64,000 bases of DNA, from contig NC_068985.1 of NCBI RefSeq assembly GCF_001194135.2, positions 40,693,311 to 40,757,310 of the forward strand, in the 5' to 3' direction. Positions 25,184 to 39,039 of this stretch are shown here, in pieces. How positions within the stretch are numbered: position 1 is the stretch's first letter; every line of letters begins with the position of its first letter. The notes under the pieces were generated by a model. It was not told the DNA's origin. It worked only from the letters and a program-made list of their open reading frames with translations, and ran no database searches. Source of the stretch: Octopus bimaculoides (Eukaryota). A program made the position numbers and the translations under genes.

Positions 25184-27564
25184 TTAAATTATCGCAACAG
25201 CATGACAACTCATCCCTTTTTCAAAGTCAAAGTAAAGGGATGAGGGTGATTTTTGCAGATGATAGCATATTCTTCCACTTAACAATCTAGGTTTTCTCTT
25301 TGTGCAATAGTGTCTCCATTAGTATGCACCAATTGTTTTTGTACATGTTGAGGTTCTCCAATTGCCACCTCTTTGTATTCAGGAATTTATGAAAAGCAAA
25401 CAAAATCCTTTTCAATAACATTTCTATCCTCTTCACTACAGGTGAAATAAAATACACTGAAAGTACCATATTTATTAGCATATAAGACACATACCTTGTG
25501 TCTTTAAATATATCAAAAAACTGCTCTGTGCCTAGTGTGTCTGTAATAAGGATGAAAGACTGAATACCATACACTAGGGAGCCAGATGTGCATAAGTCCA
25601 CTAGGTATAATAATTACTAGCTGGACGCATGAAAAATTCACAGAAAATATGAAAAATGTAATCATCTGTAAATTGTGTGCTGGTGCCATTAGAAATGTTT
25701 CTATATTGTAACTGTTACAGAATATAGAAAAAGAAGTGTAAAACCGATAACTATATAATCCAGCCAAAATATCTGTTACACAAACAAACATAATTACTAT
25801 TTAACCTTAAAATACATTGTACATATTCAAATAACTTTCTTGGTTTAGTGGTACAAAACGTTCTTCTGGTATTTTATTCCTTTACTTGTTTCAGTCATTT
25901 GATGGTGGCCATGTTGGAGCACTGCTTTTTAGTCTAAGAAATCAACCCCTGGACTTATTCCCTGTAAGCCTGGGGCTTATTCTATCTGTCTCTTCTGCTG
26001 AACAACTAAGTTATGAGAATGCAAACGCACCAACATCGGTTGTCAAACAATGGTGGTGGTGGTGGGGACACACAAACACACATATAAATATATATATGAT
26101 GGGCTTCTTTCAGTTTTTGTCTACCAAATTCACTCATGAGGCTTTGGTCAGCCTGAGGCTGTAGTAGAAGACCCTCTTTAACGTATAGAGTTAAATTTTG
26201 TGTAGCCACCCGTTGGCAACTTTTCTCCCCCACCTATTTTTGTGGTGGGTATTACCCAATTTTCTGGGCTCTTTTCACAGCTACACCCTGTTTGAAATTT
26301 GCATTAATTTTTGTATGGAAAAATAAAAAATAAAAAAGGAAGTGAGAGGGAGTTGTTTATAGTTTGTAGAGAAAATGTTAAATGTACCTGAAAAAAAAAA
26401 AGGTCTTTCCCCCCAACTAAAACTAAACGTCTTTCCCTCTTCTTCATTGTTAAAAGTAAAGAAGCTAGAAAAGATCGATCCTATTTCAGTCTAATTGCCA
26501 TTTTAAATGACTGAGGCATTCCTGTCTCTGTCTCTATCACTTCCCTCTTTTTCTCTACGATTAAGAGAGTGAAGGTGTGTGGCTCAGTAAGGGATATTTG
26601 GCCCACGATCATAAAGTCATGAGTACGATTCCCAGCGATGTGTTTTTGAGCAAGTTACTCTACATCACCTTGCACCAGTTCACCCAGCGGGCAAAAATGA
26701 GTTGTAGCTGTAATTCAAAGGAGCCAGCCTTGTCACATTCTGTGTGAAGCTGAATCTCCCAGAGAACTACCTTATGGTATGCTTGTATGTGGAGTACTCA
26801 GCCACTTGCGAGTTAATTTTACGAGCAGACTGTTCCATTGATCAGATAAACAGGAACCTTGTCATCATAACCAATGGGGCGCTATTTTTTAAAAAAGAGT
26901 GAAAGAAAAGGAAATGTTCCATATTGTAAGGCAAAAATGTCGAGTGTTTAGTATAAGCAGTGAAAGCTAAGATGAAATAGTTGCTATTCTGTCATGTATT
27001 CGCCCTTGACTCATGCTCAGTTTGATAACAACAGCCTGCACATCGGTGTTTATCTGGGGGCTTGGCCTCCAGATCTATGAGACCCACAGATACCACTGTT
27101 AAAACCGGATTAACACCATAGTGACCCTAACAACTAAAAAGATTTTCCTGCCCCTCTATAGGATCTTTTTTCATTTTCTTCCAACCACTTGAAGGTTTAC
27201 CTTGCTCCAGTCCACTCAGCTAGACAAAATAAGTTGTAGCTGTAATTCAAAGGGGCCAACCTTGTCATATTCTGCGTGAGGCTGAATCTCCCTGAGAACT
27301 ATGTTAATGATATGCATGTCTGTGGAGTACTCAGCCACTTAATTTACATACTCGTGTGGTAATGAAACATAAAAGTGACATCCAATATTTGTTGTAGTTA
27401 CTAACAATGTGTCTATGTATCCATGTATCAACTTTTCTTTGGATCTGTGTATCTATTGTCTCGCTTTCACTTTTTCTCTTTCACTTCCTCAGTGTCCCTC
27501 CTCTCTTCTGCTTTTAATTTAATAATGTGTCTGTATCTATGTATCAACTTTCCTTTCCATCTAT

Positions 27565-27712
27565 GGCATTAGGACGGGCATCCAGCTGTAGAAACTCTGC
27601 CAAATCAGATTGGAGCCTGGTGTAGCCATCTGGTTTCACCAGTCCTCAGTCAAATCGTCCAACCCATGCTAACATGGAAAGCAGACGTTAAAAGATTGTT
27701 AATAATGATGAT
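27565..27712 (+). repeat. Solo RTE 3' tail (representative)
   Basis: GGCATTAGGA.GGGCATCCAGCTGTAGAAAC...CCATGC..GCATGGAAA...GATGATGAT. Other solo tails lie at about 18170-18360 (-), 18480-18670, 22270-22372, 22720-22870, 24340-24515, 28140-28330, 36740-36960, 38930-39010, 41320-41475, 47510-47680 and 57065-57245. Confidence 0.85.
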
Positions 27713-28932
27713 GTATCTACTTTTCTTGCGATGGGATAAACATTTAAAAACACAAAACGAACAGTCACCACTCACTGTCTCTTTCACTCTCTCTCTCTCT
27801 TACTTCCTCTCTAAAACATTAAAAAACACAAAATGAACGCCATCACCACTCACTATCTCTTTCACCCTCTCTTTCTCTCCCTTTCTCTGTTACTTCCTCT
27901 CTGTCCTCCTCTCTCTCACTTTGCCACTCACTTCTTCCTTTGAAGTAAAGAGTGACACACAGCACAGATATGGACAAAAACAAACAAAACTAAGTGTATT
28001 AATATTATTGATTACAAATAATAAAATATTGAAAACAAGCTAAATTATCTGTCTTTTATCTGGCACCTTGCTGCACTCAAGAAGACCTGTCCTCCACAGC
28101 AGAAGTGTTAAGGCTGCTCCACCTAATGAAGGGAGTTGGCCTGCAAGAGTCCTGTGCTGGTGCCATGTAAAAGCACCCAGCACATACTGTAAAGTGGTTG
28201 GTGTCAGGAAGGGCATCCAACCATAGAAACCAAGCCAAATCAGAACCTGGTACAGCTCCCCAGCTTGCCTACTCCTTCAAACTGTGCAATCCATGCCAGC
28301 ATGGAAAACAGATGTTAAAGGATGATGATGTCAACAGAAACTTATAAAAATATTTAACGGTACGTTGGTAGTTGTACGGGGAGGATACATCAACTCAATA
28401 CACCTCCGTCCCCAACCTACATAATTACACTATTTAATGACTAAGAAACATTTTCTAATTGTCTAAATGAAAAATTCTCCTAAAAACATGAAAGGAATGT
28501 TTAATTTCATCTGCCTATCAGTAATTTGCAACAAAAAAATGACAACAAAACCATTGTGGTTGTGCACCACCCTAATGGCTGATCATTGTTTACAGAAAAC
28601 ACCACAACCAGAAATACAAGTTTTATGTCCTGTATGGGAATTCTCTTGATCAAAATATAAACAAATATACAGCTGAACTGAAAGAAGATAAAGTTGAAAT
28701 ATGTTACTCCCATAATGTAGTTTATGATAAATTTATGGTTTCAAACTGCATTCCAGTATACTATCACAACATTGTATTTACATGTACAAACTCATAAATT
28801 TCCTCCAACAAAACCACTTTAACAAACCTTTCAATGGGTGTATGATGAAACATACTAAATTTGTTTTTTTTTCCATAAAATATACTTGTAAAATAGAGGG
28901 GCATTGTGAGAGTGCAAGTTATATAAAAAGAA

Positions 28933-29263
28933 GGTAAAGACTAAAAATCCCCTTTGGTCATGAATGACCATGGGATTGCACCTCTGAGGCACACGTCCAG
29001 GCACGGTTGTTTATGGAAGACCAGTAGACACCCATGCATACCAGCCTCCCTTCTCCATACCACCAATGTTGTCCAAGGGAAAGGCAAAAGCTGATACAGC
29101 TTGGCACTGGTGATGTCACAACTCATTTCTACAGCTGAGTGAACTGGAGCAAAGTGAAATAAAGTGTCTTGCTCAAGAACACAATACACAGCCCAGTTCG
29201 GGAATCAAACTCATAACCTCATGATTGTGAGCCCAATGCTCTAACTACTGAGCCATGTACCTT
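28933..29263 (-). mobile_element. tRNA-headed SINE, family B (CORE-like central region)
   Basis: Head GGCTCAGTAGTTAG...GTTTGATTCCCG, then TGTTCTTGAGCAAGACACTTTATTTCAC..TGCTCCAGTTCACTCAGCTGTAGAAATG. Relatives with another tail lie at 26571-26883, 27199-27345, 39772-40015, 46452-46760 and 47090-47200. Confidence 0.8.
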
Positions 29264-31713
29264 CATTTATATATGCAAATATATTTGTTGTTTGATGTCC
29301 AAGAAACAACTGCTCTTACCACATACACTTCACTGAGAAAATTTCTAAGAGTCACAGTCAAAGTGCGACAAACTAACAAGGTTATTTTAGTAGATTTGTG
29401 TGGGCCCATGCCTGTTTACACTAATTTAAGAAGAAAGGAGTTTATATAGTACTCCCTTATGTCCAATAACTAGCTGTTCAACAAATAAAAAACGATAAAA
29501 TATGTACAAGACTGAAGTGTGTGCTGGGGGTTGATATAATTGACCCAGCATGTCAACAGAGAAATAAAAGAGTAAAATAGAAATACCGCTGATGTGGTTA
29601 GCAAGTAGATGAAAGAGTAACAGGTAAAAGCAAGAAAGAATGAATAAGTGTGAGTGAGAACTTCTAAGTGAGAATGAACAGAAAGAAGAGTATGGGAGTT
29701 ATGGAATGAAGTGTAGCAATCTTTGTAAATAATGTATTAATTTCACTTCATCAAACTGTTGCTGCTTTCACTTCAGTGGTCAGTACATTTTTCATTAGAA
29801 ATGTTGCTGAATTAACATTTTTTTTTATTATTGAATTATTTTTTTGTGTTCTTTCATCTTATATATTTTACTTGCTTCAGTCATTGGACTGTGGCAATAA
29901 TAGAGCACCACCTTGAAGGGTTTAATTGAATAAATTAAACCTAGCATTTAATTTCTGAAGTGTGATGTTTAATTTATCAGCCTCTTTTGCAGAACCACTA
30001 AGTTTCAGAGACATATTGGGGGAGACAAACACTTAGACACATATACATGACAAACTTCCACACAGTTTCTGTTGACTAAATTCACTCACAAGGAATTGGT
30101 TGGCCTGGGACAAAAGACACTTGCCCAAAGTGCTGTGCAGTAGGAGTGAACCCAAAATGACATGGTTGCAAAGTGAGCTTTGGGTTGTTTTTCCTTTTTG
30201 TGTTGCATACAAAGATGTTTAAAATCCAACAGCAAAAAAACTTCAATTACCATCACTGAAGATAAACAAGCTGGCCATAGTACTGTGTCGAAAGAAATAA
30301 AACCTTTCTGAGTGACCAAACAGAGCCATAGTAGCTATACCTTGAGAAAATGAAATCTCTATTTTATTAACAAAGCTCACTTTGAAAGAGAGCTAAAAGA
30401 AAAGAGATAGAAAAATTACTCCTGTTGACAATGACGGTGTTTAATCACAGGACAGCTCTGATTGAGTAGACCTATGATTAAAGACATTCCAGCTACACTC
30501 ATCATGTTATTTTAAATTATCAAAGCTATCCTTCCAATGGTAGGTTGTAATCTAAAGATTTTGCCTCTATTTTTAGCATGTCAACTGACAACATATGGTT
30601 TCTTTGCTTTACTTTCTCTTTAATGTCTCAGTAGAAAGGTTTAACAGCAAGAAGGAAATGTGTGTGTGTGTGCCTATGTACATGCAGACAGAACTATCAT
30701 ATTTGTTTCATGTAACGTGGGGAAAATTCACTTCTGGCCTTGGTTTGCCTGAATTCCACAAACTGCTTCTGTGATTTCTGAATTGTTACTTTATTTTTGT
30801 AAAATTTTGCAATTATTTCAACTGAATATGACATTAAGCAAAAACTAAAAGAAAGCCTTTGAGAGAAAAATTAGTGATAGTAAATTATAGCAAAGTGCCT
30901 TCGTAGTACATGTTTGTGAAATTTAGTTTTAAAAAAAGCAAACTGTCTTTTTATCTTGCCCAACATGAAAGTTGGGTAAAATAAAAATGTAGAAGCCATG
31001 TAAAAGTGGTATCTTCAACAGAGATCAAGTGCTGTTAATGTGTAAGATGGGAAATTCTCGGAAAACACATAGGGACTTAATGAGGTAGGTCCTAGACATT
31101 GCAAGTTTTAATGTTTTGGCTATGTGGCTGATTTTTCTTCCTGCATCAAACCTTTGTAAAACAAGTTTAATATCCAGCATAATCCTTTTACTGTTTCTAT
31201 TTCACACTACAGCCTTCTGTTCCACTTGACAGATCCTTTCCAAACATTTTGAATAGAAGGTAAATCCAACGGCAGCAATGATCAACAATTATCCGCAACA
31301 AATATGCAGTAAAAGAAAAATAGCACCAAGAAAGAACTATTTTGTGAAAGCAAAGAATTGTTGTCCTGTTCCTTTAGGTGTAAAAATGGAAATGAGAAGA
31401 TGAAAAGGTGAAGGAGTGTGATGGGATGTTAGTTGAAGGGTTACTGAGTTCATAGGCACTTTGCTCCTTGCATCTGACTTGAACCATAAAAACCCTACAG
31501 TCTACTCACATACACATGTGCACACACAAATACACACGCTGGTACTATAATTGTTGTAGCCAGTTAGTAATTCAAAAGTCGGTGGGTTGATAGTGATGAT
31601 GGGTTGTATTAGTTTTGATGGTAATAGCAAGAGTATTATGGATGGTGGCAGTAGTACCATAGTTATTCTTTGCTGATATTTAGTTCCAACTCAATCCTCA
31701 TTGACCTAATATT

Positions 31714-31927
31714 GATTTCAAATTTTGGCACAAGGCCAGCAATTTCGTGGGAGGGGATAAGTCAATTATGTTGAGCCAAGTGCTCAACTGGTACTTATTT
31801 TATCGTCCCTGAAAGGATGAAAGGCAAAGTCAACTTTGGCAGAATTTGAACTCAGAACACGAAGACAGACGAAATGCTGCTAAGAATTTTGCTTGGCATG
31901 CTAATGATTCTGCCGGCTCACCACCTT
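31714..31927 (-). mobile_element. tRNA-headed SINE, family C (Meta-domain-like), 16-bp TSD
   Basis: Contains GCCTTTCATCCTTTC..GG..GATAAAATAAGTACCAG. A perfect TSD TCATTGACCTAATATT lies at 31698-31713 and 31928-31943. Confidence 0.85.
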
Positions 31928-33049
31928 TCATTGACCTAATATTAAAGATATCTTGTTCAACTTTTAAATACACTAGAGTACCACATTGTCTCATGTAATT
32001 GTTTTTTTAGTTTAGATGGAATAGCAAATTATACTGTTCACACAGTTGTTGTTGGTCATTAGAGTTGTTGAGTTGGTAATGGTGGTGGTTGCATTGGTCT
32101 TTGGTGTTGTAGCAGGTTGTGCTGGTGTTGATGACAGTGATGGTGAAGAAGATTGATTTTTTTTTATAGGCGTGGCTATGTGGTTGAGAACCTTGCTTCC
32201 TAAGAATGTGGTCTCAGGTTCAGTCCTACTGCATGGCATCTGGAGCAAGTTTCTTCTACTCTAGGTTGACCAAAGCCTTGTGAGTAAATGTTGGTAGATG
32301 GAAACTGAAAGAAACTCATTGTACATGTGTCTTTTTGTGTGTACCTTTGTCTTAATACAGCATGATGGTTGTAAAGAAGCATCACCATCATACAAACAAT
32401 CTTGTTTGATATCAAGTGACTAGGGAAATATTACCTTGCTTGAAAACAGGCGAATGTTGATGACAGGAATGAGCATCCAACCATAGAATATTTGCCTCAA
32501 CAAATTCTAGCTGGCCCATGCAAGCATTGAAAAGTAGACATTGAATGATGATGATATAGACAGAAAGTTACAAATTAATAGATGCTCATTGAGATCCCAA
32601 AATATATATACAAACATACACACAAATATTCACAATGAAAAATACCATCTCACAATCTCTAAGTGTCAATAATGATGCATACGAAAGCATCTACATACAC
32701 CACACATACGAATGTGTGTATTGTTATAAGTTTTTCAAATTGCTAATGACTTTCATTTTAGATAAAATGTTCAGAAGTGGACTTCTGGCTAAGAAGAAAG
32801 AGTTGTTTTCAATTCTTAAAATTACTGAGCCTTTGTAATAGTAAAATTATAGAAGATATCTCATATCATAGAAGAGATAGTTATAACTGACCTAGATTAT
32901 TATAATTTTAGTATATCATTACTATACACCTAGTAAGCAGATCTGCCAACTTTTGTTGTTCCAGACTGAAGTAGACAACTGTAACTGCACTTTGAACACA
33001 CCCTACTAAACATTGCTGGTCACAGCTGACTAGTTTGCAAAATGCAGTC

Positions 33050-33720
33050 AGGATGTCTGGAAACTCACTATGCAATAAAATATTTTGTTAAACTGTGTGA
33101 AAATGCTACAGAAACATATGAAAGGCTCTAGGCTGCATGTGGATTAACTTTTCACTGGTACAAGAGGATCAAGGATGGTAGAATGGAGGTGAGAGATGAT
33201 GAGAGGTGTGGAGGGTAAGGAACTTCAGAACAGAGCTGGCTGAGAGAATATGCAATTTTCTGGATTAAGATTGTCATGTGTCTATAAAGACAATAAGTAT
33301 ACAGTTTGGAGTTGGTGTGGCAACTGTGCATAGAATTATTCATGACGATCTGAACATGCACAGAATTTGTGCAAAGTTTGTTCCCAGGATGCATCCAGGT
33401 AACCAACTACTTGACAGAGATGGGTATCAAAACTGCCCTTCATCTTCCTTACAGTCTAGGCCTTGCTTCCTGTGGCTTTTTGTTGTTCCCAAGCTGAAGG
33501 AGACCTCAGGGGCAGTAGTTTTGAAGATAAAGCAGATTGTGAGAAAGGTCCTGGACACCTTCACTTTGGAGGACTTCTGTGAGGCCTTCACAAAGTGGCC
33601 AGAGTGTTACAAGTGCTTTGAAGTCAGAAGATCAATCTTTGAAGGAGAATAGAATTTTGTACTTCTTTGAAATTGATGTCTCTCCTTCTAAAGTTTGAAA
33701 ACTTCTGGAATGCACCATGT
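33050..33720 (+). mobile_element. Internally deleted mariner-family relic
   Basis: KYFVKLCENATETYE (HTH start), SIKTISIQFGVGVATVHRIIHDDLNMHRICAKFVPR, an SPDLAPCDFFLFPKLK-like segment and FCEAFTKWPECYKCFEV...FEGE*. Confidence 0.75.
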
Positions 33721-33868
33721 GCGTGTGTGTCTATGCACATACATACTAGCAAGCTCACTCGCAATGCTGCACTAGGGAAACATTTGTAGAACTAATTTGC
33801 TTCTTACAAGATGTTGCATGAACATGACCAATAATAACCAATCAACAAGCATTATTAATCCTCTCAAA

Positions 33869-34080
33869 AGCAGCAGGCTGGCAGAATTGTTAGCACAGTG
33901 GACAAAATGCTTAGCAGTATTTCGCCCGTTGCTACATTCTAAGTTCAAATTCTGCCGAGATCAACTTTGCCTTTCATCCTTTCGAGGTTGATAAAATAAA
34001 TATCAGTTGAATACCGGGGGTCGATGTAATCGACTCATTCCCACCTCCCACAAGCTGCCCTTCTGGCAAAATTTGAAATA
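33869..34080 (+). mobile_element. SINE family C copy, 18-bp TSD
   Basis: Same body; TSD ATTATTAATC[C/T]TCTCAAA at 33851-33868 and 34081-34098. Confidence 0.85.
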
Positions 34081-34691
34081 ATTATTAATCTTCTCAAATA
34101 AATAATATGAAACCTTGATAAATTTCAATCCCTTGTTATTTCAAAAACATGCAAAATTCAATCACACAACTAACTCCCACTACCTAAAATTACTGGTCTT
34201 GTACCAAAATTGAAAACCATTATTATTATTAGTATCTTAATTCAATTTATTGTGGTATTATCATTAGGTTTGTAAGGATGGCACAGATGGTAATTAACTT
34301 TGTTGACTGATGAGTGTACAAATACTGCTAGTCTGCTTCATCACTGGATTTGGTCCTACCATTGGTTTGCAGGAAATATTTACCATATTCAGTTCAAGAG
34401 ACTACAGCTACTCCAATACATCATGTATGCGTGTGGGGTACATATTATATTATGCAATAGAAATTTATACAGCGTGAAGGGGTCATGAACTGACTGGGAG
34501 ACACACACACCAAAACTCTTGAAGCATAGTGACCAGAGACTACAACAATAGCATAACTTTCCATTTAGTATATAGGAAATAAAAAAACATACACAAATAT
34601 ACATATATGCATCTAAACACACATATATACATATAAAAACATATACATAGATAATTATATATATAAACATGTAAATACACACACACACACA

Positions 34692-34925
34692 CAGGGTGCA
34701 TAAGGTATTTGAAGACATACCTTTTTTGGGGTCATTGCTGCATTTTTTGCTAACTCTGTATAATCTTTGTTTCAGAAAATAATAATAGCAGCCCCTCAGC
34801 TTACTCAAGAAATGAAGAGGCATGCTGTTATTGTGGTTATAAAAGGCTGAGCATAGCGATTCAGAAATATATCAATTTTTAAAAGTTGCCAGATCTTTTG
34901 TCTACAAAGTTTGTAAGGAGCAGAT
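34692..34925 (+). mobile_element. 5' end of a maT/DD37D-like Tc1-mariner element
   Basis: Starts CAGGGTG next to a CA microsatellite. A frameshifted N-terminus MKRHAVIVVIK/AEHSDSEIYQFLKVARSFVYKVCKE starts at 34812. Confidence 0.55.
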
Positions 34926-36640
34926 TTCATGGATCTAGACACTTTACCTGCACACTATAACATTTGGGAGGCTAGTAAAAGTATTGAACTCCTTGCATTG
35001 GATGAAATCGTAACAGAGATGATTTCTTCTGATACAAAGTTAGTCATTACTTATTCTGGTGATGGATCTAAAAAACAGGGAGCCAGATCTTACTCCGTCC
35101 CGGGGCTGACTATTGATGGTCATTACAGACTTCTGCCAATTCCACTTGAAGCATCAGAAGCAAGAAATAACCTGGCTGACTTGAAAGTGGCTGTACATTT
35201 GCTACTAGAAGCAGCAAGTAATATCCCAGTTAAAATACTATTTGAAAAAAATTGATTTTGTTATCTCAGACCAAACATCACACAATGTTGGGGTTGAAGA
35301 GGTCATAGCAGGAAATCTCAGCACAGAACACATACCTGAACATCTGTTTCGCAATGTGCACTCTTCACTTATGTTCAATTTAATAATAACTGAACTGTGG
35401 AGTGACACTGAGAACACAACTGGACGAGACAAAATTTGAGTTTTCTTGTAAATGTGACATCAAGCTCATGCAGTGCCACTGAAGATAACAAGATTAATCA
35501 ATCATCATTTTGATCACAAGTCCTGGAACAAAGTCAATGAATTTGACATGCTCATTCAACCATGGGTTAATAAATTTGTTGCCCTGAAGAATGAATGCTT
35601 TAACCATCCCATTTTAACTTGTACAATAACTTTGTACCACCTGGATTATGTAACATTGTATTTGGCAAAATATGAGCATGTTACAAACCAACTGGCTTGT
35701 ATCGTATGAGGTTTCATAGATCTGGAGTTCCTCAAAGTATTATATTGCACAGGAGCGCTGATTGGACTGCACCTTGTTGAACCATTCCTTTCGCTCATCA
35801 CTTCAACAAGCACAACCTACTCAAAACTTGTACCTGCTTTCAAACAACTTTAGGATGACCTTTCCACAGTGGATCCAAACCAACTGCTAAATGTACATAG
35901 TCCTGCACTCAATTTCGTATCTTCAGGCAGATTCCAGGAAACCAGATATAATGAAGATATATGCTGTGCTGTTGAAGCTATTGCAACCGAGTTGAAGCCA
36001 GAGGTTTTTAAAAGTACTGTCATGGCTTCTTCCAAAGTTAGCAGATGGTTTCCAGAACCAGAAGGAAGTTCTGTTTCATTTTGGAAACATCATCAATCTC
36101 TCCATGCTCTGGCAAACATGGACTTAACTAAACTAGAGAGTCACAATCTTGACTCAGAATGCAGTGTGGGATTTACCAACGAGTTGAGTCGTTGAGGTAT
36201 CAAGTAACTCAAATTAGCATCTTCCCAAGTTAAATCCAAGTCGGCTGATCTGATTGAACATTGGGAGTCCATATACCAAACTCACCAAACTTGGTAGGGT
36301 GGGTGGTGGGGCGAGTGCCTGACATCATTAAAGAATGGGATAACTGTCAGCAGTAGTTAATGGTGGAGGAAGTGGAGAAGAAAATCAACATTGCAGTGGA
36401 TAAATGACAAACAGCTGACTCAGATATTTTGAAAAATCATGGTGGACTGTTTACTAGCAGCACTGAGGTAGATGCCTATCTCATGGCAGATATACCAGAT
36501 AAAGAAAAGGTTGATTTAGAAATCAGATATGCCAGAGACACTGCCCTTTCTGTGTCAAAAACCAGCAATGTTTTTCATCTTAAACAAAATTATCAAAAAT
36601 TGTCAGTATGCAATAAATTTGAAAATTTACTTGGATAATG
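34925..36640 (+). pseudogene. Fragmented RNase H-like DDE transposase (CxxH clan; superfamily unresolved)
   Basis: Five collinear ORF pieces with ITYSGDG (D about 35061), DFVISDQT (D 35269), HLF[R]NVH (CxxH with TGC>CGC at 35350) and HNLDSE.SVG (E 36157), then a C-terminal HGGLFT...LEIRYARDT segment. Confidence 0.7.
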
Positions 36641-37129
36641 TGATTTGCAAAACAGACATGTTATTTATTTCAACTATGCATTGGATGACTTGATGTAAGA
36701 TTTTGAAGCCATAATGGTTGTAAAAGTATTATTGTATTGTGTGGGAGATACCAGTGTCACGCAAATGGAACCAGTGTTGGTGGTATGTAAAGGTGCCCAT
36801 TACACTCTCAGAATGGTTGGCATTAGGAAGTGTATCCAGCCATAGAAACCATGCCAAATTAGACTGGAGTCTGGTGCAGCCTTCCAGCTTGCCAGCCCTG
36901 GTCAAACCGTCCAACCCATGCCAGCATGGACAACGGATATTAAATGATGATGATGATGATATAGGATTTGGGGGCTAAATTTGATGATTTTCTATGTCTC
37001 TTTTCTTCAGGAAAAGCTAGATGTATTGGTGAACAGTTAATGTTGGAGAGCATCAAGATTAAGGTTATAGTTGAGAAAAAGTTAGCTGATGTGGAAGATT
37101 GGAAGTCATCTGAATACTGGAAGAGTTAC

Positions 37130-37700
37130 AAGATGATTTGTGTCAGGTATCAAAATGCTGACATCATGATTGCTAGTCAGTGCACTGTGAACACTGTAAA
37201 GGCTGTATGACATCACAAGGATAGCTGCAATGGAGACTACAAAGCTGTGGCCAGCAGGCATTCTGACTGCGTTTGCATGCCAGAATTCATCCCCACATCT
37301 TTGAACAGGGTCTTAGGCTCAATTCAGACTACAATGTGAAGCTGCTACAGACTGGTCACTCCCTGGTTGAAGAGGGTTGCTGCAGGAAGGCCTTTATATG
37401 TGGCAGCAGGATTTTCCTTGCCATATCTCCAGAAAGAGTGAGAAGTGGTTGTCGGAGAATTTCTATGACTTCACCAGCCCCAATTGCTGGCCTCCTAATT
37501 CCCACATTTGCAATCTCATGGATTACTACGTGTGAGCACAGTTGAGAAAGACACCAACTACTCTGTCTGCAACACTGAGGCAAAGTTAGTGGCCAAGATC
37601 AAGGAGGTGTTTAAAGATTTTCCCAGGGACAGAGTGAGGAACACATGTACCAGGTTCCGGAGCTGTCTTTGAGCTATGGTGGAAGCTGAGAGCTTTTGCA
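37130..37700 (+). mobile_element. maT/DD37D-like transposase relic with internal deletion
   Basis: PHIFEQGLRLNSDYNVKLL...PWLKRVAAGRP.YMWQQD..CHISRKSEKWLSENFYDFTSPNCWPPNS...MDYYV...VEKDTN...FRSCL*AMVEAE across frameshifts. Confidence 0.8.
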
Positions 37701-38097
37701 GTATATTGGAAATGAAGGACACCATTTGCATTACGGTGGCGATGCCAAAGCAAGGAAACATTAACACACCTGCACACATAACAACACATATAAAATGGGC
37801 TTCTTTCAGTTTCCATCTACCAAAGCCACTAACAAGGCTTTAGTTGGAATGGATCTATAGTGAAAGGCATTTATCCAAGGTGCTATGCAGTGGGATTGAA
37901 CATGGAACCATGTTGCTGAGAAGCAAATTTCTTACCTATATTCAAATATAGATACATATACACGTGTATATATGTACATAAATACATATGTATGTGTAAA
38001 TAAATATGTATATACATGTGTGTGTATATAAAAATGCATATATATGTGTATGTATATCATGATCACCATCAACATTTAACATCCGTTGTCCATGCTG

Positions 38098-38335
38098 AAG
38101 GCAAGGATTACGGCAGTATTCACCAACTTAAACAAAGAGACCATCCAGAAGAGTTACAGGAGATTCCTAAGTTGTCTGGAGGCCATGATTGAAGCCAATG
38201 GTGATTTTATTGAATAAATTTACTCTTTAGTGTTTCAAGATATTTTTATGTAATTTTGGTAAATATATCTGTTAAAATGAGATTTATTTTCATTTTTGCG
38301 TAATTCAGACAACAGTTTATTCATCATTTTAACAT
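38098..38335 (+). mobile_element. 3' end of a maT/DD37D-like element
   Basis: ARITAVFTNLNKETIQKSYRRFLSCLEAMIEANGDFIE* followed by AT-rich 3' sequence. Confidence 0.65.
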
Positions 38336-39039
38336 CCACTTCTCTATGTTTGCATGGATCAGATGGTATTTAATGAGGCAGATTCTCTAAGACTAAACAA
38401 CCTTCCTGCTGCCATATGAATACACACTTAATAGGCCAGTTGCTGCAGTATTTGGTCTGAGATATCATCCCTTGTGGATTTGCTGTATTAAAAAAAAACA
38501 AATTTCAGACAGAGACAAAACTTGTCCCAGCAAAGAATTTTTAATCAGTTGAGCAACTAGTCACTGCATTAGTGAATGTTTCATTTACCATTTCCTGTAT
38601 CAGACACAAAAATTTCTCAACTGAGAATCTGCCTGGCTGCAAATATGCACTATTGAAAAGACCACAAAACACAGAAATGCAACTGGCACTCCCACTGGCC
38701 ACTGCTGGGACAAAGTTTCGTCTGTGGTGTCTAATACAGCAAGTCTATAAGAGATGTGATCTTTGGACAAATATTGCAGTGACTGGCCTATCAACTGTGT
38801 ATGTTCATTAAAGTATCATACAAGGATGGCTATATATATATATGTCTATATATTTGTGTGTGTGAGTGTATGTTCATACATATATGTAATGTTCAAATGT
38901 ATATATACATTTTATGTATTTGTAGATATAACAGAAGCCTGGTGCAGTCTTCTGCCTAGCCAGCCCCTGTCAAACTGTCCAACCATACCAGCATGGAAAA
39001 CGGATTTTTGATATACATTTATGCATATGCGCGTTTGTG

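Noticed and set aside
27745-27905. Tandem duplications of about 80 bp here and about 45 bp at 20103-20190
   Set aside because: Ordinary slippage-type duplications in low-complexity intronic DNA.
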